Shown piece after piece: positions 1-9,676 of a stretch of DNA of 64,000 nucleotides (the first letter of the stretch is position 1; each line of letters opens with the position of its first letter). The notes beneath the pieces are model-generated. The model made no database searches. It was not told the origin of the DNA and saw only the letters and a list, made by a program, of their open reading frames with translations. The position numbers were made by a program, and so were the translations under genes. Location: positions 1 through 64,000 of the IMG/VR virus record IMGVR_UViG_3300009181_000033; one strand, given 5' to 3'.

Positions 1-1
1 A

Positions 2-643
2 ATTGCTTGGCTTTTGGAACCTAATGACATATCAAATCATGCATACAACTATGTAGAAAATCACCAAAATGATTTTGTCGGAATAGTTTCTCATGACATA
101 AATTTTGTTCAAAAAATTGAAAATGGAATTTATTCACCATTCGGCGGAACATGGATATCACCAAATGATTGGACCATCAATACCAACAAAAAAATGGATG
201 TATCTATTATTGCTAGTAACAAAAATTTCACCGATGGCCACAAATTACGACACGAAGCTGCAAAATTATTAGACTTTCAGCATAGATTTGGGCGAGCTTA
301 TAAGTCAATAGACAACAAAATAGAGGCATTAAGAGATTATAGATTCTCAATAGTCATAGAGAATTCAAAATCCGAAGGTTATTTTTCAGAAAAATTGATA
401 GATTGTCTCATAACTTGCACAATTCCCATTTATTGGGGTAGTAAAAGTGCTACGCAAATTTTCAACAAAGATGGAATCATAGCGTTCGAAACTATTAGTG
501 AATTAAAAGAAATTTTGGAATCCATTAATTTTGAAGAACACTATGAAAAAGCTAAAGATGCAGTAATATCGAATGCTAAAAAATCTAGAAGGTTCGCCTC
601 AGTTGATGAAAATTTTATTTCAAGCGTCTTGGGATTAGGTTGA
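2..643 (+). CDS. GT10-like (alpha-1,3-fucosyltransferase family) glycosyltransferase, 5'-truncated by window edge
   Basis: Frame open from position 2; C-terminal motif K-x-ALRDYRFSIVIENS-x2-GYFSEKLIDC-x3-TIPIYWG is typical of GT10. Confidence 0.75.
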   Translation: MAWLLEPNDISNHAYNYVENHQNDFVGIVSHDINFVQKIENGIYSPFGGTWISPNDWTINTNKKMDVSIIASNKNFTDGHKLRHEAAKLLDFQHRFGRAYKSIDNKIEALRDYRFSIVIENSKSEGYFSEKLIDCLITCTIPIYWGSKSATQIFNKDGIIAFETISELKEILESINFEEHYEKAKDAVISNAKKSRRFASVDENFISSVLGLG

Positions 644-1572
644 CTATGAAAATCGACAAAGTTATTTTTTCAACTTCAGAAGAATATAGTGGATTTTGGA
701 ACATTCAATCAAAAATTTTTAAATCAACACTGGGAATCGATCCAGTGTGTCTTCTCTTTGGGAAGAAGAGCAATACTGACATGAATGAAGAATTTGGCAA
801 AGTGATAGAGATGGAATTCATAGAAGATCTTCCTAAGATCTTGCAAATCACTTGGTCAAAGTTTTATTATCCACAAACTGAGCCTGAAACAACGTGGTTG
901 ATGGGTGACATTGACATGATTCCGCTCACAAAGAGATATTTTCAAAATGATAATTTAAAAGGCATTGATGAAAATACGACATATGTTCACATGAACATAG
1001 GTGGCTGTGCACGCGGATTGGATCTATCGCCAGAAACTTGGTTAGAAAAAGGAAGCACTACGATGGGTGGTTGCGATTTACCAGCTCATTATCACGTTGC
1101 AAAAGGGCATATATTTGGAAGAGTGTATGGTAACGAAAGTTTTGAACAACAGGTTAGAAAAATATCGAATTCCCAAAAATACGGTGTAGGTGCCCGGTGT
1201 AATTGGGATTGGCAACAAGTGGAAGAAAAATATTTTTGGATAGCAGAAGAAAATTATTCATCAGAAAAATTATGGGAAAAATACAGTGATGGTGTAGTTG
1301 ACTTTGTTGGTTTTTATTACGATACCAGAAATAATGCGAACAGGGTAGACAGAGATTCATGGGATCATCAAACGAATGATTATGTTTATGATCTTCAAAA
1401 ACTTAGAAGCGGAGGCTTTGTTGATGTTCACTGCATGAGATCCCATGGAAAAGGATTTGAAACACAGTCATGGTGGGGAAAAAATAAAGGCTTTGATTTG
1501 ACTAGAAATTCCTTTAAAGATTTTGAAAAACAAAACATGAAACTGATTTTAGAATCAGGAATGTTGAAATGA
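640..1572 (+). CDS. Putative glycosyltransferase (GT-A-like)
   Basis: 310 aa ORF in the glycan operon; GDIDMIP DxD-like motif; overlapping stop/start with neighbours. Confidence 0.5.
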   Translation: MTMKIDKVIFSTSEEYSGFWNIQSKIFKSTLGIDPVCLLFGKKSNTDMNEEFGKVIEMEFIEDLPKILQITWSKFYYPQTEPETTWLMGDIDMIPLTKRYFQNDNLKGIDENTTYVHMNIGGCARGLDLSPETWLEKGSTTMGGCDLPAHYHVAKGHIFGRVYGNESFEQQVRKISNSQKYGVGARCNWDWQQVEEKYFWIAEENYSSEKLWEKYSDGVVDFVGFYYDTRNNANRVDRDSWDHQTNDYVYDLQKLRSGGFVDVHCMRSHGKGFETQSWWGKNKGFDLTRNSFKDFEKQNMKLILESGMLK

Positions 1573-2306
1573 CAAAGTCAGTTTCAGATGTATTGTTTGT
1601 CACCTATGGCGACAAAAATTTTCACAATAGCAAAATGCTATTGTGCAATGAGGCACACCATTTTGGGTTTAGAAAATTCTTGGTCGGTTCACCAGAAAAT
1701 CTACCAAAAGAATTTATTGAAAAACACAAAGCATTTTTTGATCGATCTAAAAGAGGAGCGGGTTACTGGTTATGGAAACCATTCATTGTCAATGAGGCAT
1801 TGAAATTAATAAATGAAAATGATCTATTAATTTATCTTGACGGTGGTTGCTCCATAAACCAATTCGGAAAAGAAAGATTCCATGAATGGATTGACATGAC
1901 AGAAGAAAATGAAATTTTGTCATTTCAGATGAGCCATCTTCCGGAAAAAGATTGGACCAAAATGAATTTGGTTCATAAGCTAGATTGTCAAAAAGAAGAA
2001 ATTTTAAATTCCGGACAAATAAATGCAACTGTTTTTCTCTTGAAGAAAACACCCAAGGTTTGCAAGCTCATAAGTGAATGGCTGGAAATTTGCTCACTGG
2101 AATGGACAATCGACGACTCCACCAGTGAAATACAAAATGACATTGGGTTTAAGGATCATCGTCATGATCAGAGCGTGTTCTCTCTCTTGAGAAAAAAATA
2201 CAATTGCTTCACAATTGAAGATGAAACTTATCCATCAAAAACCCATGATTGGTCAGATCCATCAGTGAAACATGTCCCAGTTTTAGCGACTAGAAGAAAA
2301 TTTTAA
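1569..2306 (+). CDS. Putative glycosyltransferase (nucleotide-diphospho-sugar transferase fold)
   Basis: RGAGYWLWKP, LIYLDGG and HRHDQSVFSLL motifs seen in phage/bacterial GT-like proteins. Confidence 0.6.
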   Translation: MTKSVSDVLFVTYGDKNFHNSKMLLCNEAHHFGFRKFLVGSPENLPKEFIEKHKAFFDRSKRGAGYWLWKPFIVNEALKLINENDLLIYLDGGCSINQFGKERFHEWIDMTEENEILSFQMSHLPEKDWTKMNLVHKLDCQKEEILNSGQINATVFLLKKTPKVCKLISEWLEICSLEWTIDDSTSEIQNDIGFKDHRHDQSVFSLLRKKYNCFTIEDETYPSKTHDWSDPSVKHVPVLATRRKF

Positions 2307-2308
2307 TC

Positions 2309-3697
2309 ATGCCTAAAATAATATCGATAACTGGCAGTTCAGGTGTGGGTAAAACTACAATATCGAACGTCATGTCTTTGGTGTTGGGTCAACACAACAG
2401 CTGTCAAATAAGCGGTGATGATTTACATCTTTGGGAAAGGGGTGACAAAAATTGGGAAAACGTGACCCACTTAAATCCCAAAGCAAACAATTTAGAATTG
2501 GGTAAATTGCACTTAAGCTTATTAAAGCAAGGGTTATCAATCAGTAGAAAAAAATATAATCATGATACTGGGTTATTCTCTGAGCCCATTGCGATAGACT
2601 CTCGAGATTGGATTATATACGAAGGATTGCATGCCTTATATGGAGACGCAAAAGATCTCGCGGACTTAAGAATTTATGTTGAAACTTCGGATGAGCTAAA
2701 AGCGGATTGGAAGATTAGACGAGACGTCAATAAAAGAGGTTACACCAAACAACAAGTCTTAAGAACTATCAGCGCAAGAAAACAAGACGAGACATCATAC
2801 ATTCAACCACAAAAAAAATATGCTAATGCCATTATCGTCTTTAACGAAAATAATGGAAAGATAGAGATGTCATACGTTTGCATCGATGAAGAATATGAAG
2901 TCATAATGAAAAAAGTCAAAGACTTTTATGACACCATGAATGGTTTTTTTGAACTATGTAAAAAACTCTCTTTAGAACCATCCTTGGTGCAAGGCAAAGG
3001 AGGAAACGTTTCGGCAAAATTTCAAGACTCGATAATCATTACCTCTTCTGGACAAAACATTGGTGATGTAAGTTGGGAAAGTGGATTTTGCGTGTGTAAA
3101 AAATCTAAACTCTCAGAAAAAGACGAAGATTCATTTTTACAAACATGCAGGGCCAGTAAGCTTTCCGGTTATAAACAGCCTTCTATGGAGCTAGGAATAC
3201 ACAAGAAAACATCGCACAAATATGTTGCTCATACACACCCTGTGCATTTAAACAGTATTCTTTGCAGCAGCGAATCCAAAGAAATATTGCAAACAATATT
3301 TCCAACATTAAAATATGACTATGTTAGATACTCTAACCCCGGACTCGATTTGTTCCTCAATTTCAATCCAGAGAACAACATAGTTTTCTTAGAGAATCAC
3401 GGATTAGTGGTTTCAGGAAATGATGAAAATGAAGTTTTTGAAATCACAGCAGATATCGATAGAAGGTGCAAAGAATGGATCTCAAAGAATTCGGAGCCGC
3501 ACACTGGATTAAAACAACGAACCCTTAATGACAATCATCTATTCCCAGATTCAGTTATTTTTCCTGAAGAAATGGCGTACATTGTCGAACAAATCTTTCA
3601 TAATATATATGCTGCCGGACTTTCACCCCGCTTTCTCAAGGAAGAGGATGTTCTTTATGTGAAAGAAATGAAGGCTGAAAAGGATAGAAAGAAATGA
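2309..3697 (+). CDS. Phosphoribulokinase/uridine-kinase-like P-loop kinase fused to a class II aldolase/epimerase domain
   Basis: N-terminal GSSGVGKTT Walker A, LNPKAN, YNHDTG, EGLH, WKIRRDVNKRG (PRK-like); C-terminal GKGGNVS, PSMELGIH, AHTHP, LENHGLVV (class II aldolase Zn-His motifs). Confidence 0.8.
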   Translation: MPKIISITGSSGVGKTTISNVMSLVLGQHNSCQISGDDLHLWERGDKNWENVTHLNPKANNLELGKLHLSLLKQGLSISRKKYNHDTGLFSEPIAIDSRDWIIYEGLHALYGDAKDLADLRIYVETSDELKADWKIRRDVNKRGYTKQQVLRTISARKQDETSYIQPQKKYANAIIVFNENNGKIEMSYVCIDEEYEVIMKKVKDFYDTMNGFFELCKKLSLEPSLVQGKGGNVSAKFQDSIIITSSGQNIGDVSWESGFCVCKKSKLSEKDEDSFLQTCRASKLSGYKQPSMELGIHKKTSHKYVAHTHPVHLNSILCSSESKEILQTIFPTLKYDYVRYSNPGLDLFLNFNPENNIVFLENHGLVVSGNDENEVFEITADIDRRCKEWISKNSEPHTGLKQRTLNDNHLFPDSVIFPEEMAYIVEQIFHNIYAAGLSPRFLKEEDVLYVKEMKAEKDRKK

Positions 3698-4527
3698 AAG
3701 TCATTGTGCCGATGGCAGGAACAGGTGATCGATTTATTGCAAAAGGATATATTGATCCTAAGCCACTTATAAAAGTAAATGGAAAAAGGATCATTGAGTA
3801 TATTGTAGAAATGTTTTCAAATGAAGATGAATTCATCTTCATTTGCAATGATGAACATTTAAAAAATACCGACATGAGAAATTTATTGCTCCAGTTGGTT
3901 CCAAATGCAAAGATAAGATCCATTCCTAAACACAAGCTTGGGCCTGTTCATACTGTGATGGCTGCAATTGACGAAATAAAAGAAGAAGAAGAAGTCTTAA
4001 TATCTTATTGTGACAATCCTTTTATTTGGAATGAGCAAGCATTTAGAAGTCATGTGTTAGAAAACAATTTGGATGGCTGTATATTGACCCATAGCGGATT
4101 TCATCCGCACACGCTAGCCAATACAAAAATGGCATTCGTTAAATCGACCACTGATGGATTGGTTGACGAGATAAAAGAAAAACAGTGCTATACATCAGAA
4201 CCAATGAAAGAACATGCTTCAACAGGAGCATATTACTTTAAAAATGGTTCATTAATAAAAAGATTTTTCAATGAACAATTGAAAAATGGGATTCACTATA
4301 ACGGAGAATACTATGTTACATTGACCTATAATCTTTTAATTAAAAATGGTTATAGGGTTGGATATTATGACACACCACTAGTAACCGTTTTTGGTACGCC
4401 AGAGGAAGTTCAAAATTTCGAAGCATGGTCTACCATATTAAAAGGCGATCAAGTAAAAAGTGAAGAACAATTGGTGCAGTGTTACAGGTATTGGAAAAAA
4501 TATCATGCAAAAAGTGATTTATATTGA
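3694..4527 (+). CDS. Sugar-phosphate nucleotidyltransferase
   Basis: PMAGTGDRF-x5-Y-x-DPKPLI N-terminal motif, YCD, NGEYYV, VFGTPEE. Confidence 0.85.
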   Translation: MKVIVPMAGTGDRFIAKGYIDPKPLIKVNGKRIIEYIVEMFSNEDEFIFICNDEHLKNTDMRNLLLQLVPNAKIRSIPKHKLGPVHTVMAAIDEIKEEEEVLISYCDNPFIWNEQAFRSHVLENNLDGCILTHSGFHPHTLANTKMAFVKSTTDGLVDEIKEKQCYTSEPMKEHASTGAYYFKNGSLIKRFFNEQLKNGIHYNGEYYVTLTYNLLIKNGYRVGYYDTPLVTVFGTPEEVQNFEAWSTILKGDQVKSEEQLVQCYRYWKKYHAKSDLY

Positions 4528-4807
4528 TATTGATGAGACCATCTGTGTTACACCTGATAATCCACGAATTTATCAAGAATCAAAGCCAATTCTTGAAAAT
4601 ATAAAAAAAGCAAATGACCTATTTGATGCAGGAAACAAAATAGTTTATTGGACAGCCCGAGGCAGCAGGAGCGGCATCAATTGGCATGAGCTCACAAAAC
4701 AACAATTGGATTCCTGGGGTGTGAAATACCATGAATTGCGGTGTGACAAGCCTTATTATGATGTTTTTATAGACGACAAATCTATTAATATTGAGGATAT
4801 CAAATGA
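4505..4807 (+). CDS. HAD-superfamily (capsule-biosynthesis type) phosphatase
   Basis: Start re-called at ATG 4505 (MQKVIYIDIDETI); DxD motif I, WTARG motif II, KP-x-YD-x-FIDDK motifs III/IV. Confidence 0.8.
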   Translation: MQKVIYIDIDETICVTPDNPRIYQESKPILENIKKANDLFDAGNKIVYWTARGSRSGINWHELTKQQLDSWGVKYHELRCDKPYYDVFIDDKSINIEDIK

Positions 4808-5286
4808 AATTAATTTCACATAGAGGCAATTTAAATGGCGTCAATCCCATTTTAGAAAACGAACCAACACAAATAGAAACGTGCATAAAGATAGGCTATG
4901 GTGTTGAAATAGATCTAAGAATCAAAAATGGAGTGCCTTGTCTTGGACATGATTATGCTCAATATCCGATTAGTAAGGAATGGATCACTTCAAAAAAAGA
5001 ACACCTGTGGATACATGTCAAAGAATACGATGCGCTAACTTGGCTCATGAATTCGGTGCCAGATTCAACATATTTTTGTCACCAGTCTGACGAATTTACA
5101 GTTGTCAACAATGGATATGTTTGGCTTCATGATTTAAAAAATACAACACATGAAAAGTGTGTTGTCCCGCTTATTGGAATCGAAGACATACAAAAATTTG
5201 ATTTTTCATTAAATCCAAAATTAGGTTTTGTTTGTACAGATTTTGTTTTAACACTAGAAAATCTAATGAAGATGTGGAGTAAATAA
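4804..5286 (+). CDS. Glycerophosphodiester phosphodiesterase-like protein
   Basis: ISHRG, EN, VEIDL, LGHD, WIHVK motifs of the GDPD-like TIM barrel. Confidence 0.7.
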   Translation: MKLISHRGNLNGVNPILENEPTQIETCIKIGYGVEIDLRIKNGVPCLGHDYAQYPISKEWITSKKEHLWIHVKEYDALTWLMNSVPDSTYFCHQSDEFTVVNNGYVWLHDLKNTTHEKCVVPLIGIEDIQKFDFSLNPKLGFVCTDFVLTLENLMKMWSK

Positions 5287-5287
5287 A

Positions 5288-6001
5288 ATGATTAGTTTGG
5301 TGACAGGAACTTTGAATAGAAAAAATCTATTATCACAATTAATAGAGAATACAGTCGAATCAAATAAAGATTTGGAATTAGTTTTGGTCGATGGCGGCTC
5401 AACAGATGGAACAATAGAGTTCATAGAAAAAACTAATCATCCACAAATCAAATTAATAAAAGTAGGAGAAAGATCATCATATCCTCACTTCATGAATCTT
5501 GGCATAGAGAATGCTTCCCATGATTTTATTTGTCAATGGAACGATGATGTCTTGCTGGTCAATGATTGGGATGAAGTTATCAAAGAGATAAGTGACGAAA
5601 AGGTTGATTCATGGCTTTTTTCTTGGCAATACATTCCAACACATCTAATAAAAAACAAAGAATATTGTGATTCACTGAAGTGGAACCTCTGCAATTTGAA
5701 AGATTCAAATCCAGATGGCGAAATAGTGATGAATTATGGAGTTTATAAAAAAGATCTTTTTAGAAAATACGGATTATATGATTCCAATTTTCATTTTTAT
5801 TATGCCGACGGAGAATTGTCACACAGATTTCATTCTCATGGAGCCAAGTTTAAAGATTGTGCACATATTAGGGTGGCATCAATAGAAGGTGTGCCAAAAG
5901 CTTCGGGGCCCGCACTGTATGAACATTCGAAATACTATAATCTTTGCAGGGAAAATCATTTGCAAGGAAGATTTCAATCCCATTTGGATTTTTTAAAATG
6001 A
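5288..6001 (+). CDS. Glycosyltransferase family 2
   Basis: VLVDGGSTDGT, NLGIENA, WNDD, YYADGEL. Confidence 0.85.
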   Translation: MISLVTGTLNRKNLLSQLIENTVESNKDLELVLVDGGSTDGTIEFIEKTNHPQIKLIKVGERSSYPHFMNLGIENASHDFICQWNDDVLLVNDWDEVIKEISDEKVDSWLFSWQYIPTHLIKNKEYCDSLKWNLCNLKDSNPDGEIVMNYGVYKKDLFRKYGLYDSNFHFYYADGELSHRFHSHGAKFKDCAHIRVASIEGVPKASGPALYEHSKYYNLCRENHLQGRFQSHLDFLK

Positions 6002-6669
6002 ATGTATTGAGTTATAGCCTCTTCGGTGAAGAACCGATGTATTGCACAGGTGCAATAAAAAATGCTCAACAAGCTCTCCAATTCTATCCTGGCTGGAAAT
6101 GTTTCTTTTGGCATGACGACTCAGTGCCAGAATCTACATTGTCAGAACTAAGTTCTATGCAAAATGTCGTGTTGATAAATGTTGGAAAGACGATTGTCCC
6201 CGGAAGATATTGGCGATTCAATCTGTTTAACGATCAAAATGTAGACGTTTTTTGTGTTAGGGACACAGATTCAAGACTTTCTGAGAGAGAAGTCTTAGCA
6301 GTAAATGATTGGCTACAAAGTGAAAAAATAATGCACGTGATGAGGGATCATCCGCACCACAATTACATCGTGATGGCAGGCATGTGGGGATTCAAAAACA
6401 AAAAATCGATAGGTTATTCCTATGAAAACAAATTAAATGTGTGGCTAGATTCAATAGAGACACCAAATAAAATTGATGACACCATGTTTTTGAACACTGT
6501 GTTTGGTGACATGTCGCCAAACATCCTGGTCCACGATGATTGGTTGAGATGCCAGTTTTCGAAAAAATTTCCAAAGAACAGACAAAATCAAAGGTTCATT
6601 GGAGAAATTTTTAACGAAAAAGACGAACCCATGTTTGAGCATTATCGTTTCATAGAATGCCATGTCTAA
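5998..6669 (+). CDS. Putative glycosyltransferase-like protein
   Basis: Start re-called at ATG 5998 (MNVLSYSLFG); WRF, RDTDSRLSERE, MRDHPHH, MAGMWG motifs common in viral glycan clusters. Confidence 0.6.
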   Translation: MNVLSYSLFGEEPMYCTGAIKNAQQALQFYPGWKCFFWHDDSVPESTLSELSSMQNVVLINVGKTIVPGRYWRFNLFNDQNVDVFCVRDTDSRLSEREVLAVNDWLQSEKIMHVMRDHPHHNYIVMAGMWGFKNKKSIGYSYENKLNVWLDSIETPNKIDDTMFLNTVFGDMSPNILVHDDWLRCQFSKKFPKNRQNQRFIGEIFNEKDEPMFEHYRFIECHV

Positions 6670-7450
6670 ATTAGCAAAAATAAACTATCTTGACCCAAGA
6701 TGGAATTATCCATATAAAGGATTTACATCTATAGTCAATCAAACTGTAGAGATTGCAAAAACATATCGCAATCATCACGTTGATGATGTGAGTTTTTGTA
6801 TTGATGATGAACAGATAAATTATTTTTTCGAATCAAAAGAAGAATCAAAAAAAACATCAATAGATGCATCTTCATGGTGGTTAGAGGAATTTCTGGCAGG
6901 CAGAATAAACAACTCCCCCAATTCGCACGATGTGGCATCTCATGCAGACATAGCGTTGAAAAAACATATTTTTGATTCAATGTTGGCATTGAAAAGAGAA
7001 TTTGAAATTTCTTTCAAAAAAGACCATGTTGATTTAAAAACAACAGAGTGCTTAGGAATTCAAATTAGAGGCACCGACAAATGCCAAGAGATACCAAGAA
7101 TAGACAAAGATGTTTTGATCAAAAAAATAAACTATTTTTTGGAAAACAGCAAAGAAAGCTATTCAAAAATCTTGTTGAGTACTGATGATCTTGAATATGC
7201 AGATGCCATATGGAAACACTTTGGTTCTAAAAATGTAGTGGAGCAAAAAAGTGTTCAAAGGAGCATCGGCGAAAAATCTGTGCATCATAATCAGTCATTT
7301 GACAAAAATGAAATAAATAAACAAGTTCTTTGGGACGTTTATGCATTGTCAAATTCCAAGTCCATGTTGTATACGTTTTCTAACGTAAGTCATTTAGCCC
7401 TCTGTTTGGGTTGCAACAACCACAAAGAAATATCTTGTCTTTCAATTTAA
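6662..7450 (+). CDS. GT23/NodZ-like (alpha-1,6-fucosyltransferase/O-FucT fold) glycosyltransferase
   Basis: GIQIRGTDK, ILLSTDD and DVYALS GDP-fucose-binding-type motifs. Confidence 0.65.
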   Translation: MSKLAKINYLDPRWNYPYKGFTSIVNQTVEIAKTYRNHHVDDVSFCIDDEQINYFFESKEESKKTSIDASSWWLEEFLAGRINNSPNSHDVASHADIALKKHIFDSMLALKREFEISFKKDHVDLKTTECLGIQIRGTDKCQEIPRIDKDVLIKKINYFLENSKESYSKILLSTDDLEYADAIWKHFGSKNVVEQKSVQRSIGEKSVHHNQSFDKNEINKQVLWDVYALSNSKSMLYTFSNVSHLALCLGCNNHKEISCLSI

Positions 7451-7484
7451 ACTAATAAACAAAAAACATTAATATCATATCGAT

Positions 7485-8450
7485 ATGAAAATTGCATTAA
7501 TAACGGGGACAACAGGGCAAGACGGTTCTTATCTTTCAGAACTATTGTTGTCTAAAAATTACAAGGTCATAGGCATCAAAAGACGCACGTCAGTTCTTAA
7601 CACTTCGAATGTTGATCATTTATATAGCAATCCAAATTTCAAATTGCTGTATGGCAACATGAATGACACCGGATCAATGTATAGATTGTTATCCGAACAC
7701 AAGCCGGATGAAATCTATAATTTAGCCGCGCAATCACACGTTAGGACTTCATTCGATGTTCCGGAGGAAACTGTTGACACTGTTGCAATGGGAACTATGC
7801 GTCTATTGGAAGCGGTAAAGAATGTTGTACCAAATGCCAAATTTTACCAAGCATCTTCTTCAGAGATGTATGGCGACAACATGGATCCAATGAAAAACGA
7901 ATTCACACCAATGACACCAGCCTCCCCTTACGCAGCAGCAAAATTATTTGGACACAACTTGGTGAGAAATTACAGGGAAGGCTATGGTCTTCACGCCTCT
8001 TCAGGAATCTTATTCAATCATGAATCACCCCGTCGTGGCGAAACATTCGTAACCAGAAAAATTACACGTGCTGTTGCTAGAATCAAATTAGGCAAACAGG
8101 ATAAAATTTTTCTTGGAAACCTAGATGCCAAGCGAGACTGGGGATTTGCCGGTGATTATGTTGAGGCAATGTGGCTCATGTTGCAACAGGACAAACCTGA
8201 TGATTACGTCATCGCCACAGGGGAATGTTATTCCGTTAGGGATCTTCTCGAGGTGGCCTTTGGATTGGCCGAACTTGACTATAAAAAATACGTTGAAATT
8301 GATCCAAGACTGTATCGACCACACGAGGTCCCATTTCTCCAAGGTGATTCTAGCAAGGCCCAGGGCACACTGGGTTGGAAACCAAAAACGTCATTCGATG
8401 AGCTAATAAAAATGATGTATCTTGCAGACATGCAAAAGGAACTAAAATGA
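7485..8450 (+). CDS. gmd: GDP-mannose 4,6-dehydratase
   Basis: [64 protein letters not shown]. Confidence 0.97.
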   Translation: MKIALITGTTGQDGSYLSELLLSKNYKVIGIKRRTSVLNTSNVDHLYSNPNFKLLYGNMNDTGSMYRLLSEHKPDEIYNLAAQSHVRTSFDVPEETVDTVAMGTMRLLEAVKNVVPNAKFYQASSSEMYGDNMDPMKNEFTPMTPASPYAAAKLFGHNLVRNYREGYGLHASSGILFNHESPRRGETFVTRKITRAVARIKLGKQDKIFLGNLDAKRDWGFAGDYVEAMWLMLQQDKPDDYVIATGECYSVRDLLEVAFGLAELDYKKYVEIDPRLYRPHEVPFLQGDSSKAQGTLGWKPKTSFDELIKMMYLADMQKELK

Positions 8451-9382
8451 AAGCAACAATTTTTGGGGCATCTGGCCTGCTGGGAAGTGAGTTGTTGTTG
8501 ACTCGTGACCCATCAATTTCCGTTTATTGTCCTACCTCAGACGGTGTTGACCTAGAAAGTCTTATTCCAACTTCAATAAATAATGATGTTTGGTTTAACT
8601 GTGCGGCCAAGGTAGGCGGAGTACAGGCAAACATAGAGCAGGTTTCTGATTTTTATAACATAAATTCAAGAATCAACAACAATGTATTCGAAGGAGCGCA
8701 CCTTAAAAATGTAAAAAAACTCGTGTCAGTGATGAGCACATGTATTTATCCGGACTCACAATATGTCAAATATCCATTGACAGAAGATCAATTGCATAAT
8801 GGTCCACCTCATCTTTCCAATTTTGGTTATGCTTATGCAAAGAGAATGATAGACGTGCAATCAAGAGCATATAGACAACAGTACAGCTGTAATTACGTAA
8901 CGGTGATTCCAAATAACTTATATGGTCTCAAGGATAATTACGATGTAAACAACGGACATGTGATTCCATCGCTTATAAGAAAGTTTTATGAAGCCAAAAA
9001 GGATGGAACTGACGTAACAATATGGGGCACGGGAAACCCCATGAGGGAATTTACTTATGCTAAGGATGCTGCAAAAATTATGTGGTGGATTGCCTCGAAT
9101 TATGATGGCTTCACCCCAGTCAACATTGGGTGCACCGATGAAATTTCAATAGGCGATCTTGCAGGACTAATCGGCAAAATCATCGGTTTCAAAGGCAATA
9201 TAAAATTTGATAAAACCAAGCCAGATGGACAGCTTAGAAAACCAAGCAGCAATAAAAAATTGAGGGATCTTGGTTGTGATTTTTCATATACATCCCTTGA
9301 ACAAGGTTTGACAGAAACGATAGAATATTTGCATAAAAAATATCCAAATTTAAGAGGAATCAAACAGGAGGCAATAATTTAA
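8447..9382 (+). CDS. fcl: GDP-L-fucose synthase (GDP-4-keto-6-deoxymannose epimerase/reductase)
   Basis: [28 protein letters not shown]-x2-[31 protein letters not shown]. Confidence 0.93.
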   Translation: MKATIFGASGLLGSELLLTRDPSISVYCPTSDGVDLESLIPTSINNDVWFNCAAKVGGVQANIEQVSDFYNINSRINNNVFEGAHLKNVKKLVSVMSTCIYPDSQYVKYPLTEDQLHNGPPHLSNFGYAYAKRMIDVQSRAYRQQYSCNYVTVIPNNLYGLKDNYDVNNGHVIPSLIRKFYEAKKDGTDVTIWGTGNPMREFTYAKDAAKIMWWIASNYDGFTPVNIGCTDEISIGDLAGLIGKIIGFKGNIKFDKTKPDGQLRKPSSNKKLRDLGCDFSYTSLEQGLTETIEYLHKKYPNLRGIKQEAII

Positions 9383-9384
9383 AC

Positions 9385-9636
9385 ATGCAAACAAGAATAC
9401 AACCAATTATTTTTTTTAGGCAACAGGCAACTATCCTAAGGGTGGACAGCGTCCAAATTAGGTCTTTGGGTGAAGATGGAAATGCATTTATCTTTTGCTC
9501 ATTATTGAATGACGACGGCGAACCATTACATAACGTCCCTGTGGTGATATCTGGCAGCGATTATTCTGCATGGGGAAGTGACGACAATTATATTTTGCAA
9601 AAAGCGATAGAATCACTGGGTGTTGTTGTCGAGTAA
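9385..9636 (+). CDS. Small hypothetical protein
   Basis: 83 aa ORF closing the operon; no recognisable catalytic motif. Confidence 0.6.
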   Translation: MQTRIQPIIFFRQQATILRVDSVQIRSLGEDGNAFIFCSLLNDDGEPLHNVPVVISGSDYSAWGSDDNYILQKAIESLGVVVE

Positions 9637-9640
9637 TTAA

Positions 9641-9670
9641 TTGAACTTTCTATTTTTTTGATATTATGAT
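9641..9670 (+). promoter_or_regulatory. Sigma70-type promoter candidate upstream of the nuclease gene
   Basis: TTGAAC at 9641-9646; extended -10 TGaTATTAT at 9659-9667 (or TATGAT at 9665-9670). Confidence 0.45.
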
Positions 9671-9676
9671 TCCGGA

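Noticed and set aside
2309-3697. Calvin-cycle phosphoribulokinase as an auxiliary metabolic gene
   Set aside because: Fused to an aldolase and embedded in a glycan operon; no other carbon-fixation genes; a sugar-donor role is more parsimonious
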